DNA of 43,923 nucleotides from Pseudomonadota bacterium (lineage in GTDB: Bacteria; Pseudomonadota; Alphaproteobacteria; Rickettsiales; UBA1997): contig RFYG01000001.1 in the NCBI GenBank assembly GCA_009925685.1, positions 1-43,923 on the forward strand, given 5' to 3'. Both the position numbers and the translations under genes were made by a program. The notes below the pieces were generated by a model, which ran no database searches, was not told the DNA's origin, and was given only the letters and a program-made list of their open reading frames with translations. Shown one piece after another: positions 23,763-32,222 of the stretch; position 1 is the stretch's first letter; the number at the start of each line of letters is the position of its first letter.

Positions 23763-25072
23763 TAGATAACATCAAACCCAAAGAGGCTACATCAATTATT
23801 AACTCTTTAATCAGTGGCGTAGTGCCAAGAATAGGAGTTCAGCATATTGCTGTTGGACGTACAGACGAAGTTAATGCTGTAGTTTCTGCACTTAATGATG
23901 TGAAGAATGGTCACAGCATGGTAAAATTCTGGATTGGCGATTTTGGTTCCGGAAAATCATTTATGCTTCACTTGTTAAACACAGTCGCTCTCAAGCAAAA
24001 GTTTGTTGTTACTAGTGCGGATTTTACTCCTGATAATCGTTTGTATGCAAATGATGGCAAAGGCTTAGCTTTGTACTCCGCTATCATTGATAATATTTCA
24101 ATTCAAACAAAGCCAGATGGTGGAGCGTTACCAACCTTACTAGAGAAATGGATCGATCAAATTATTACTAAAACCGCTGAGGAAAATAAGGTTTCACTCA
24201 CAGATATTCGCGATGAAAAATATTTGCCTCTAATTCAAAATAACATCCTGAAAACAGTTAATGAAATTACTGAAGTGGGAGGTTTTGATTTTGGAACTGT
24301 AGTTGTTAAATATTACGAGGGATTCATCAAAAACGATGATAATCTAAGGCGGAGCGCCTTGAAATGGCTTAAGGGTGAATACAAAACCAAAACTGAAGCA
24401 AGACAAGATCTAGGAGTAAGAGAGATAGTAAATGATTTGAACTACTATGACATGCTGAAGAATTTCTGTAAACTTTTTGTCAGCATTGGTTATAGCGGAT
24501 TTATGATAAATCTTGACGAGGCTATTAATCTTTACAAAATTTCCAATTCCGCAGTGAGAGAAAAGAATTATGAAAAAATTCTTACCATCTACAACGACTG
24601 CTTTCAGGGCAAAGTATCTAATCTATTTTTCAACTTTGCTGGCACTAATGAAGTGTTGGAAAATGAGCGCAGAGGTCTTTTTAGTTATAACGCTCTAAAA
24701 TCAAGGCTTGTGACAAACAAGTTTGAGACATCTGAAATTAGAGATTTTGCACAACCAGTCATAAAACTTCTGCCAATAAGCCACGATGAGATCTTTGTTT
24801 TGCTACAAAAGTTGAAGGCAATATTTGAATTTAATTACAAAACTGAAATTGCGATCAGTGATGAAGAAATTCACCAATTCATGGAAGAAATTTTTAACAA
24901 GCCTGGTGCTTCAGATTTTTTAACCCCAAGAGAAGTAATAAGAGATTATTTAAATGTCTTAAACTTGATTCGTCAAAATCCTTCAGTTGATAAGAAAAAA
25001 ATATTTGGCGAAATCCAAATAAAAGATGAAAGACCCGATGATTCAGCGATGGAAAATGTTGAGGAATTTTGA
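23759..25072 (+). CDS. sngB: DUF2791 / BrxC-BrxD-type P-loop ATPase (Shango SngB-like)
   Basis: RIGVQHIAVGRTDEV is followed by Walker A GDFGSGKS (23936-23959) and the Walker-B-like FMINLDEA. It overlaps the upstream gene by 4 nt and the downstream helicase by 4 nt. Confidence 0.7.
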   Translation: MIDNIKPKEATSIINSLISGVVPRIGVQHIAVGRTDEVNAVVSALNDVKNGHSMVKFWIGDFGSGKSFMLHLLNTVALKQKFVVTSADFTPDNRLYANDGKGLALYSAIIDNISIQTKPDGGALPTLLEKWIDQIITKTAEENKVSLTDIRDEKYLPLIQNNILKTVNEITEVGGFDFGTVVVKYYEGFIKNDDNLRRSALKWLKGEYKTKTEARQDLGVREIVNDLNYYDMLKNFCKLFVSIGYSGFMINLDEAINLYKISNSAVREKNYEKILTIYNDCFQGKVSNLFFNFAGTNEVLENERRGLFSYNALKSRLVTNKFETSEIRDFAQPVIKLLPISHDEIFVLLQKLKAIFEFNYKTEIAISDEEIHQFMEEIFNKPGASDFLTPREVIRDYLNVLNLIRQNPSVDKKKIFGEIQIKDERPDDSAMENVEEF

Positions 25073-27192
25073 TGTCATTTGAATTGCTCTCAAAACCTAT
25101 AAAAAAGTTCATCTACGAAAAAGGCTGGGAGAGCCTACGACCAATTCAAGCTGCTGCTATTTCAAAAATCTTAACATCCGATGAAAATTTTATTTTAGCA
25201 TCAAGAACTGCTTCAGGAAAGACAGAGGCAGCATTTTTACCTATTCTCTCAAAATTAGATTTTACAAAGCCTGGAGTTCAAGTTTTGTACATCTCACCGC
25301 TAATAGCACTAATCAATGACCAATTTTATCGTGTTGAAGAGCTATGTAAGAATCTTGATATTGCTGTTACAAAGTGGCATGGAGAATCAAATAAAACTTT
25401 AAAAGAAAAACTGTTAAAACATCCAAGCGGGATTGTTCTAATTACACCGGAATCTTTGGAGGCAATGTTTGTAAATAAGCCTTTTAACGTAAAACAGCTT
25501 TTCTCCAATCTTAAATATGTAGTCATTGATGAGATTCACTCTTTTATTGGGACAGATAGAGGAACTCAGTTAAAATCACTCTTGGCAAGATTGCGGACTG
25601 TTAATTCAGAGTCATTTAGCGTAATTGGTTTATCAGCAACAATCGGAGATTACGACCAAGCAAAAAAATTTACTGGAAATGCAGCAAAAACAAAGGTGCT
25701 GTTAGATAAAACTGCAAAAGATATTAATGCTTCGTTTGGCTATTTTAAAAGTGATGCTGAGGAACTATCCCAAGATCTTCTAAAAAATTTATATAGTGAA
25801 ACTGCAGATAGTAAAACTTTAATTTTTCCTAATAGCAGAGCTAGAGTTGAAGAGATTGCTGTTAAGTTGAAAAAAATATCACGGAGATTGAAAGGTCATG
25901 ATAATTATTTTTCACATCATTCTTCAGTTGATAGAGAAGTAAGGGAGTATGTCGAATTTTTTGCTAAGAATAATAAAAGACGCAGCTTTTGCATATGCTG
26001 CACATCTACACTGGAACTCGGTATAGATATAGGAACGGTTGATAAAATTGTGCAAATTGATGCTACTCACAGCATTGCATCTTTAATTCAAAGAATTGGT
26101 AGAAGTGGCAGAAAAGAAGGAGCAAGTAGTAATTTACAACTATATGCCACAAACAAATGGAGCTTACTTCAATCAATTGCATGTTGGTTGTTATATAAAG
26201 AAGGGTTTATTGAACCTCCTCAAAGAAATGACAGACCTTATGATATTTTACTTCATCAGGCATTATCGATAGTAAAAGGTCATTCTGGTATTAAATTAAC
26301 TGATCTGATTGATCAGCTACAAGCAAACGCAGCATTTGAGCAAATTGAAAAATTTGAAATCGAAGAAATTTTAAACCATCTGATTGAAACTGACTTTTTG
26401 GAAAAGTTACAACGGGAAGTTATTATTGGCATCGAAGGAGAAAAAGTCGTCAACAGTAGAGACTTTTATAGCGTATTTAAGACAGAGGAGAATTTCAAAG
26501 TAGTTAATGCAGGCAACACAATTGGCGACATTCCATTTTCACCACAAATTGAGGAAAACGAAAATATACTACTCTCTGCAAGGATCTGGAAAATAAAATT
26601 CGTAGATCAAAAAGCTAAAAAAATAGAAGTAACTCCTGCAAAAGATGGAAAGCCGCCAAAGTTTTCTGGCGAAGGTGGCACGATAGATCATAAAATAAGA
26701 GAGAAGATGCTTCAAATTCTTTGTTCTCAGGATATTTATGAATTTCTTGATCCATTAGGCCGTGAAGAAATAGATATCTTACGAAGAGAATTCTCTGTTT
26801 TTGATATTCAAAATTTTCAAACAGAACGCCCTCTATTGATAAAAGAAAAGCATCTAGAGCTTTACACATTTTTTGGTACAAAAACCAACAGAACAATAAA
26901 GCTCCTTCTTGATATCGTTGGAATCAAAAATTCAGCTTACGACATGGAGCTTATTATTGAATCTTCACAAAAAGATTTAACGGAAAAGTGGAAAGATTTA
27001 TCAACTCAGCTGACAAATATTGATGCCCATATAATTAATCTTTTACAGGATAAACCAGCATTAATAGGTTTTTCTAAATGGGGAATGTTCTTACCAAAAA
27101 AGTATCAAGCAGCTCTCTTGAAAGAAAGATATTATGATATTGATCAAACTCGCCTAGTGCTATCTAACACAAAATTGGTAGTAAATAAATAA
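25069..27192 (+). CDS. sngC: Lhr-like DEAD/DEAH-box SF2 helicase (Shango SngC-like)
   Basis: Motif I is SRTASGKTEAAFLP, motif II VVIDEIHSF (DExH), motif III LSATIG, then the Lhr-like HHSSVDREVRE, motif V TSTLELGIDIG and motif VI QRIGRSGRK. A C-terminal extension of about 330 aa follows. Confidence 0.8.
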   Translation: MMSFELLSKPIKKFIYEKGWESLRPIQAAAISKILTSDENFILASRTASGKTEAAFLPILSKLDFTKPGVQVLYISPLIALINDQFYRVEELCKNLDIAVTKWHGESNKTLKEKLLKHPSGIVLITPESLEAMFVNKPFNVKQLFSNLKYVVIDEIHSFIGTDRGTQLKSLLARLRTVNSESFSVIGLSATIGDYDQAKKFTGNAAKTKVLLDKTAKDINASFGYFKSDAEELSQDLLKNLYSETADSKTLIFPNSRARVEEIAVKLKKISRRLKGHDNYFSHHSSVDREVREYVEFFAKNNKRRSFCICCTSTLELGIDIGTVDKIVQIDATHSIASLIQRIGRSGRKEGASSNLQLYATNKWSLLQSIACWLLYKEGFIEPPQRNDRPYDILLHQALSIVKGHSGIKLTDLIDQLQANAAFEQIEKFEIEEILNHLIETDFLEKLQREVIIGIEGEKVVNSRDFYSVFKTEENFKVVNAGNTIGDIPFSPQIEENENILLSARIWKIKFVDQKAKKIEVTPAKDGKPPKFSGEGGTIDHKIREKMLQILCSQDIYEFLDPLGREEIDILRREFSVFDIQNFQTERPLLIKEKHLELYTFFGTKTNRTIKLLLDIVGIKNSAYDMELIIESSQKDLTEKWKDLSTQLTNIDAHIINLLQDKPALIGFSKWGMFLPKKYQAALLKERYYDIDQTRLVLSNTKLVVNK

Positions 27193-27249
27193 CCCTTTTA
27201 CTTCTCGGTACATATAAAAAGTTAGTAAAATTAGTGCTATAAACACATC

Positions 27250-28020
27250 ATGAAAATTATAACCTACAGCGATCTACATTTAGAGTTTGGCACTAACTTC
27301 AAACCACCGCAAAATGCCGATGCGGATTTGATGATTCTTGCGGGTGACATAATCACCTTCAAAAACTTCAAGCCGTTGACCAATTTTTTGTCTGGTTGGA
27401 ACAAGCCAGCTTTGTTTGTTGCTGGCAATCATGAATATTACACAAGACAGCTAATTGACGATTGTGAGCTTGCCTTCAAAGAATATATTGCAGCACATCA
27501 TCCAAACCTAACTTGGCTCACAAATTCTGAGATTGTACTAAACGATGTGCATTTTTTTGGTGGCACAATGTGGACGGATTTTAATGACGCGAATCAGGAT
27601 GAGATGAGAAATGCTTGGGGTACAATGAACGATTTTAGGCAGATTTTAAGCGCAAGCGGACATTTTTTACTGCCGAACGACACAATAAAAATGCACGATA
27701 TTTTTAAAGAAAAATTGATTGCGTGGTTAGAAAAAAATCACGACAAAAAAAGAGTTGTGATTTCCCATCACGCACCAGTCAAAAATCCAAATACGAAATA
27801 TGGTAACAGCAATCTTCAAGCTGCTTTCAACTCACTAGATATGGTTGAAATCATTGAAAAATATCAGCCTGATTTGTGGATTTATGGACATACTCATGAA
27901 TGCGATGATCAAAGAATTGGCAAGACCAGAATCATTTCTAATCAAATGGGTTATCCAAGTAATTACGGTAGTTTTGAGTGTAATGAGTTTGATGAAAATG
28001 GTTTAGAAATTGAGGTTTGA
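27250..28020 (+). CDS. Calcineurin-like metallophosphoesterase
   Basis: All canonical MPE blocks are present in order: YSDLHLEF, LAGDI, AGNHEY, ISHHAP, YGHTHE. Confidence 0.85.
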   Translation: MKIITYSDLHLEFGTNFKPPQNADADLMILAGDIITFKNFKPLTNFLSGWNKPALFVAGNHEYYTRQLIDDCELAFKEYIAAHHPNLTWLTNSEIVLNDVHFFGGTMWTDFNDANQDEMRNAWGTMNDFRQILSASGHFLLPNDTIKMHDIFKEKLIAWLEKNHDKKRVVISHHAPVKNPNTKYGNSNLQAAFNSLDMVEIIEKYQPDLWIYGHTHECDDQRIGKTRIISNQMGYPSNYGSFECNEFDENGLEIEV

Positions 28021-28572
28021 ATGAGTAATCAATACGGCTTCACGACTAATATTCATGATTTGCTAATAACCAAAAAACCAAGTTTTTGCCATCAAAAATT
28101 AGAGCTTTTTGAGGAGTGGAAATACAAAGAGGTTTGTGAGGAGCAACATTATTATAATGCTTCTGTTCCATTGAATCAGGTCGTTGGAACTTATCATCCA
28201 AATTATGCGAATCAGACATGGATTGATCTGCTTCCAGCTAGATTTAAAAGTGAAAAAAATATTCCTGATTTTTCCGAGAAAAATAATTTTGAACGGATGA
28301 AAAATGGAGAGGCAAACGCATATGAATTTTGTAAAAATCCAAAATATTATTTTTCTGATGAAAAGAAGGAAAATTGGGGTTTTTACAAATTCGGTAAAAA
28401 ATTCTACATTGAAGATGGAAATCATAGAACAGTTATCGCCAAATTCTTCCTAAATCTTAACAATTTACCAGAAGTTGTGAATGGTGTTTCGGTTACGGAG
28501 TTTATTCCCAAAAAATCCTCTTCTTTCAACTTGATAGAACACTTCTTTAAAGGTAAAGTTAATAACTCATAA
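28021..28572 (+). CDS. Hypothetical protein with a ParB/Srx-like (DGxHR) motif
   Basis: FYIEDGNHRTVIAKFF (DGNHR at 28414-28428) resembles the ParB N-terminal / sulfiredoxin-fold nucleotide-binding box. The ATG directly abuts the TGA of the metallophosphoesterase gene (28018-28023). No HTH or partition partner is evident. Confidence 0.45.
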   Translation: MSNQYGFTTNIHDLLITKKPSFCHQKLELFEEWKYKEVCEEQHYYNASVPLNQVVGTYHPNYANQTWIDLLPARFKSEKNIPDFSEKNNFERMKNGEANAYEFCKNPKYYFSDEKKENWGFYKFGKKFYIEDGNHRTVIAKFFLNLNNLPEVVNGVSVTEFIPKKSSSFNLIEHFFKGKVNNS

Positions 28573-28631
28573 AGCCTTGTTATTATTGGTTTTATGATAG
28601 TTTTGTTATTAACTTTTCTTTTTGGAATTTT

Positions 28632-28829
28632 ATGCCAGATGAAAGCAAAATTGAGTTTTATTTTTTACGGATTTCGGCCGAAAGATTGGCTTCGGACTTG
28701 AGGCATTTTGAGAAGGAGATTTTTCGGTTTTCTGATGAGCAGCTTTATGCGATTGTTTCGCAGTTTGATCACATTCGCGACAACATGTTGAGTGTGAAAA
28801 AGGAATTGGAAAAACGCTTAAATAAATAA
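28632..28829 (+). CDS. Hypothetical small protein (65 aa, helical, charged)
   Basis: Open frame only, with a weak GGAA upstream and no recognisable motif. It could be a remnant. Confidence 0.25.
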   Translation: MPDESKIEFYFLRISAERLASDLRHFEKEIFRFSDEQLYAIVSQFDHIRDNMLSVKKELEKRLNK

Positions 28830-28978
28830 CTCAATTTTACGAATTTTAAAAACCTCCATCATCACAACAGAATAGATCTCTCATCTGAAGCCAGGCATAA
28901 TTAAAAAAATGGGATGCTAATTCCGAGTTTTTTCTCCCAAATTTTTCAGTAAAAATTCATCACCAAGTTACAAAAAAT

Positions 28979-30166
28979 CTACTCAGCGTTCTTAATTTTA
29001 TTTCCCATCACATTAGTAGCTTCCTTCAAGGCTGTATTTGCCAAATGAGAATATCGCTGCGTTGTTGTGATATTTGAATGACCAATCAATTTTCCAATTA
29101 CTTCCAAACTAACGCCATTGCTGACTAGAATTGACGCGAAAGTATGGCGTAAATCATGAATTCTCGCATTTTTGATTTTGGCTTTTTCGCAAACTTTTCC
29201 CCAGAATTTTTTGATATCTTGAAGATGAGTTTTGGTTTTTGGATTGTAAAAAAGATAAGTTTCTGAGCTGACAATGCGCCATTCTTCAACATCATCAATT
29301 TTTGAGTTTGAAACTATTTTGCTCTTCATCTTTTTGATAATTTCCAAAGCCTCGCCATTTAAAGGAATGTGGGAAATTTTCTTCTGCTTTGTCATTGAAG
29401 CTGGCTTGGTCCAAGTGTTATTTTTTAAATTAAAATCCTGCCATCTTGCCGATAAAACTTCGGTTTTTCTTGAGCCAGTGAGAAGAATCAATTTGATCGC
29501 GTAAGTGTTTAGTTGGTTTTCTTCGGCGTCTAAAACTTCAATTAATTTCTTTATTTCGCTGTCGGACAAATATCTTTCCCTTTTTTGCTCATCAAATTTC
29601 TTAATGCCTTTAACCGGATTTTTGGCGATTAAATCCCAAGAAATCGCCATGTTAAAAATAGGCGAGAGCAGTTCTAAAATTCTGTTAGCTCGGTATGGAA
29701 TTTCTTTCAAAGAGAGGTGAAGATTTGAAATTTCTTTTTTACCAATTTGGTCAATTCGGTATTTTCCAAGTTTTGGCAGAATGTGCTTTTCCAGCATCAA
29801 TCGATATTCAACCAGAGTTTTGTCTCTTTTAACTCCTTCGCAGCTTTTTAAATAATCTTGCGAGATTTCCTTGAGTTGAGGTAAGTTTGATGATGCTTTG
29901 CGTTGATATAACGTATCAACTCCTTGATATGCTTCGCCCTTAATTTGCGTTGCTAAATCTCTTGCTGCAGTGGCAGTTAATTCTGGATATCTGCCGATTG
30001 AACATCTTTTTCTCTCGCCATCAACAACATAATCCAAAATAAAGGTGATAACATTTCTATCTGTAATTCTAAGTCCCAAACCCTTTAATTTATCGTCCCA
30101 ATAAATTTTTTGCCTTGTTTTTGGGGTTGGTAATGATCTAATGAACTTATCGTTTAAAGAGGGCAT
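28979..30166 (-). CDS. int: P4-type tyrosine recombinase / integrase
   Basis: The N-terminal arm-binding DUF4102-like segment is KIYWDDKLKGLGLRITDRNVITFILDY. The catalytic residues lie in TGSRKTEVLSARWQDF (Arg), HDLRHTFAS (His-x-x-Arg) and LIGHSNITTTQRYSHL (His, Tyr). Confidence 0.9.
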   Translation of the reverse strand: MPSLNDKFIRSLPTPKTRQKIYWDDKLKGLGLRITDRNVITFILDYVVDGERKRCSIGRYPELTATAARDLATQIKGEAYQGVDTLYQRKASSNLPQLKEISQDYLKSCEGVKRDKTLVEYRLMLEKHILPKLGKYRIDQIGKKEISNLHLSLKEIPYRANRILELLSPIFNMAISWDLIAKNPVKGIKKFDEQKRERYLSDSEIKKLIEVLDAEENQLNTYAIKLILLTGSRKTEVLSARWQDFNLKNNTWTKPASMTKQKKISHIPLNGEALEIIKKMKSKIVSNSKIDDVEEWRIVSSETYLFYNPKTKTHLQDIKKFWGKVCEKAKIKNARIHDLRHTFASILVSNGVSLEVIGKLIGHSNITTTQRYSHLANTALKEATNVMGNKIKNAE

Positions 30167-30185
30167 TTGGCAGTTTTTTTATTTT

Positions 30186-30207
30186 TTTGTGTCACATTTG
30201 TGTCACA
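30186..30207. repeat. Perfect tandem 11-bp direct repeat TTTGTGTCACA x2 in the integrase leader; candidate arm-type or operator site
   Basis: The copies at 30186-30196 and 30197-30207 are identical. They lie 20-41 nt upstream of the int start codon (30166, minus strand), between int and the tRNA-like att core. Confidence 0.6.
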
Positions 30208-30347
30208 AAAAGAATGTAAATAAACGCTATTTTTTAGCAAGTAAGACTAATAAAAAGTAATCCAAAGTAATTGGCTATGCCAGCCATTTTCTAGGCCTGA
30301 TGGCGATAAACTGTCTAAAATATTATATTAAACAAAATTGGCCTTTA

Positions 30348-30397
30348 TCTGGTTTGGGACCAGAGGGTCGGGAGTTCAAATCTCTCCGCCCCGACCA
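30348..30397 (+). tRNA. tRNA-Pro(UGG) 3' half only (anticodon arm to CCA); probable att core / displaced gene fragment, not an intact gene
   Basis: The anticodon arm TCTGG/TTTGGGA/CCAGA (30348-30364) has U33, anticodon TGG and G37. It is followed by a GGGTC variable loop, the T arm GGGAG/TTCAAAT/CTCTC, the 3' acceptor strand CGCCCCG, discriminator A and CCA (30395-30397). The layout is nearly the same as enterobacterial tRNA-Pro(UGG). The preceding 30 nt are AT-rich, with no CGGGGCG 5' acceptor strand or D arm. Confidence 0.75.
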
Positions 30398-30766
30398 CTT
30401 AGCCATCCAAATCTCTTAAAATCAATTTCATCAAAAAATCTCACGTTATTTACTTGGATTATAAATCGATTTCAATCCAACAGAATTAATTATTAAATTA
30501 TGAGCGAATAGAGAATTACTAGTGCGATTCGCGATTTTTTTAATAGATACCAAGATTTATCAATCTTCGATCGGTAAATTTTTTGGTAACTCTCAATTAA
30601 TTTTAAAATCAAAATTGATAAAATAATTTTAGACCGTTGAATTTAATTTCTTAGTACTAGAACCCAATTACTCAAGTCCGATACTTAGATAAGAAAAATT
30701 TTAAAGATTTTTATAAAATGATGTTTGAAGTCGGCATCTAACTTATAAATTCGTAAAAATCGGCTT

Positions 30767-31273
30767 TTACAAAGTGTTTTTTTTCAAAGTATTTTTCTTT
30801 TTTATCAATTTTTCTAACAACTTCGGTTCAATTTCTTGCATTGTTTTGTAAAAAAATTCCCTTTCAAATAGCCCGTAATGTGGAATTTTCAAAATATTTC
30901 CATCTTCAATAAAAATTTCATCAATTGCTAAAATATCTATGTCAATTTCTCGTGGCGACCATTTATGAGTTGAATTCCGACCAATTTCTATTTCGATTTT
31001 TTTAATAACCTCAAGAATTTTTTTGGGAGCAAATTTTTCAATATCAATAATAGCTGAAACCGCTATATTGTAAAACTCAATATCCCAATCTTTTGGAGCG
31101 TTTGGTGGAAGCAATGCGGGATTTTTTAGAATTTTAGAAGTTATAATTTTTCTAAGTGATAGATAATTAGCTAATTTTTCTAGTGCAATTTTAAGATTTT
31201 TTTCTCGATCACCAAGATTTGATCCAATTCCGAAGATAATTTTTACTTGTGAAAGCTTGTTTTTATTGCTCAT
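30767..31273 (-). CDS. folK: 2-amino-4-hydroxy-6-hydroxymethyldihydropteridine diphosphokinase (HPPK)
   Basis: IFGIGSNLGDREKNL, EIGR...KWSPREIDIDIL and LKIPHYGLFEREFF match HPPK signatures. Confidence 0.85.
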   Translation of the reverse strand: MSNKNKLSQVKIIFGIGSNLGDREKNLKIALEKLANYLSLRKIITSKILKNPALLPPNAPKDWDIEFYNIAVSAIIDIEKFAPKKILEVIKKIEIEIGRNSTHKWSPREIDIDILAIDEIFIEDGNILKIPHYGLFEREFFYKTMQEIEPKLLEKLIKKKNTLKKNTL

Positions 31274-31401
31274 TGATGTGTTTGAATTTTTTTTTAAATT
31301 ATTTATTTTTTTGTTGTAAGAATCAATTACGATTGTAAATTAAAGAACAGAATTATCGCCATTTACTATCACCATTTATAATCACTAAATTCAATTAAAA
31401 A

Positions 31402-31836
31402 ATGTCTAAAAATCAATTGGTTAACCCTAAAGATCGTCCAAAACCAACTTCTCCGCACTTACAAATTTATCGTTGGAATATATCATCTATTACTTCCATT
31501 ATGCACCGCCTAACTGGAGTTGGATTATATTTTTCAATTTTAATTATCGCATGGTGTATTGTTTTTTATACCTATAGTTTTGGCTCAATTTCTGAACAAG
31601 AAAGTTGTGAATGCATTACAATTTCAATTCTTAAAGCTTTATTTTTTGGGGCTATAATTTTTGTTACATTTTCGCTTTATTACCACTTTTGCAACGGTGT
31701 ACGTCACCTATTTTGGGATATCGGAAAAGGTTTTGACCTCAAGAGGGCGCGCCTTTCGGGCTATTTGGTTTTATTAACATCCTTGATTTTAACTATAATC
31801 ACTATCGCCATAACAATTTATCTAAAATTATTTTAA
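31402..31836 (+). CDS. sdhC: Succinate dehydrogenase cytochrome b556 subunit
   Basis: RPKPTSPHLQIYRW...SIMHRLTGV plus three TM helices, as the first gene of the sdhCDAB order. Confidence 0.85.
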   Translation: MSKNQLVNPKDRPKPTSPHLQIYRWNISSITSIMHRLTGVGLYFSILIIAWCIVFYTYSFGSISEQESCECITISILKALFFGAIIFVTFSLYYHFCNGVRHLFWDIGKGFDLKRARLSGYLVLLTSLILTIITIAITIYLKLF

Positions 31837-31838
31837 TT

Positions 31839-32201
31839 ATGAAAAAAATTGAAATTGCTCCATCTACAAAAACTGGTTTCCATCACTGGCTATCTCAAAG
31901 GGTTTCTGCTGTAGCCTTAATACCGCTAATTATTTGGTTAGTGTTATCTCTTATTGAAATTGCTCTCGATCCCGAAGGTTACCTTCCAGTTTTTTTTGCA
32001 TATCCATTTAACGCTTTCATGGCAATTTTATTTTTTAGTACATCACTTTATCATGGCTCGCTTGGCATGAGAGTTATCATCGAAGATTATGTCAATAATA
32101 AGGCTAAAGTTCATTTTTACATTATGTTAGTAAACTTTTTCTCAATCACTACCGTTACTGCCGTAGTATTGGCAATTCTTAAACTTCACTTGATTAATTA
32201 A
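31839..32201 (+). CDS. sdhD: Succinate dehydrogenase hydrophobic membrane anchor subunit
   Basis: A 120-aa protein with three TM helices and HHWLSQRVSAV, positioned between sdhC and sdhA. Confidence 0.8.
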   Translation: MKKIEIAPSTKTGFHHWLSQRVSAVALIPLIIWLVLSLIEIALDPEGYLPVFFAYPFNAFMAILFFSTSLYHGSLGMRVIIEDYVNNKAKVHFYIMLVNFFSITTVTAVVLAILKLHLIN

Positions 32202-32222
32202 ATTATAAATTATCCCTACAAA

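Larger units (their letters stand above)
1..30397. mobile_element. Integrase-bounded accessory region / genomic island; right junction at a tRNA-Pro 3' half, left junction not found in the window (may hold one large or two separate elements)
   Basis: Tyrosine integrase at 28979-30166 next to a tRNA-Pro 3' half at 30348-30397. AlpA plus primase-helicase module at 101-2454. Dense defence genes at 11346-28572. Housekeeping genes start immediately to the right of 30398. No second copy of the tRNA-like core was seen anywhere in 1-30347. Confidence 0.55.

Noticed and set aside
28021-28572. A chromosome or plasmid partition ParB
   Set aside because: It is too short (183 aa), with no HTH or dimerisation region recognisable, no parA neighbour and no parS-like repeats. 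Only the DGNHR box supports a ParB/Srx-like fold.
30270-30397. An intact tRNA gene, or a tmRNA (including a permuted two-piece ssrA), ending at the CCA at 30395-30397
   Set aside because: The strand complementary to the 3' acceptor strand CGCCCCG (CGGGGCG) and any D arm are absent from the AT-rich 80 nt upstream. Downstream (30398-30766) there is no GGGG-type 5' acceptor segment and no tag-peptide reading frame, as a permuted ssrA would need. Only the 3' half of tRNA-Pro is supported.
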